From Vulcanimicrobiota bacterium (GTDB taxonomy: Bacteria > Vulcanimicrobiota > Vulcanimicrobiia > Eremiobacterales > Eremiobacteraceae): a DNA stretch of 64,000 bases. Location of the stretch: the NCBI GenBank assembly GCA_963764965.1, contig CAVXUM010000006.1:27131-91130 (forward strand), written 5' to 3'. The notes under the pieces are model-generated. The model had not been told where the DNA came from, ran no database searches, and was given only the letters and a program-made list of their open reading frames with translations. Shown here piece after piece: positions 63,961-64,000 of the stretch. Made by a program: the position numbers and the translations under genes. Numbering within the stretch: the first letter of the stretch is position 1; every line of letters begins with the position of its first letter.

Positions 63961-64000
63961 GAACGAGGTTGTTATTCCGGACTGACTGAAGAGCGCGACC

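Overview
This is a high-GC (roughly 65-68 %) bacterial chromosomal segment, densely packed with mostly housekeeping genes on both strands. From left to right the window carries:
- A gmd 3' end, an rmd-like reductase and a membrane methyltransferase.
- hbd and an acyl-CoA dehydrogenase.
- sucC and sucD.
- A large TonB-dependent-receptor-like outer membrane protein with a CarboxypepD_reg domain, then a beta-propeller lipoprotein.
- A second acyl-CoA dehydrogenase.
- The operon ftsE-ftsX-envC-like M23 peptidase-ctpA-ctpA.
- An Acs-family acyl-CoA ligase and a Uma2 endonuclease.
- metE and a third acyl-CoA dehydrogenase.
- The operon dnaK-grpE-dnaJ-hspR, then htrA.
- A Yip1-like membrane protein, a secreted protein coupled to an SPFH/stomatin gene, and a small GntR regulator with a consensus promoter and a palindromic operator.
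- RNase J, an orphan Opp/Dpp-type ABC permease and ftsK.
- A futalosine-pathway cluster (two MqnC/MqnE-type radical-SAM genes flanking mqnA).
- Two hypothetical/lipoprotein genes, a thioredoxin-like protein coupled to mnmA, rodZ, yajQ, an LCP protein, a polysaccharide deacetylase, hpf and secA.

Directly after the secA stop codon lies a 5.0-kb, lower-GC insertion. It is bounded by 23-bp imperfect inverted repeats and a perfect 12-bp direct repeat, GAGTAGCCGCCT, which is a target-site-duplication signature. It contains two large secreted proteins of unknown function, an IS3-type orfA remnant next to a ~110-bp palindrome, and copies of an AAACGTCCGGT motif in inverted orientation near its two ends.

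Right of the insertion the GC content stays lower. An ECF sigma/anti-sigma pair converges on an operon of a secreted protein, an FAD/NAD disulfide-oxidoreductase homologue that lacks the CXXXXC redox motif, a DyP peroxidase and a hypothetical protein.

Many conserved genes are interrupted by single-nucleotide frameshifts (sucCD, the TonB-dependent-receptor gene, acs, metE, dnaK, rnj, secA and others). This pattern looks like consensus indel error rather than real pseudogenes, and it is why CDS coordinates for those genes span several ORF-track fragments.
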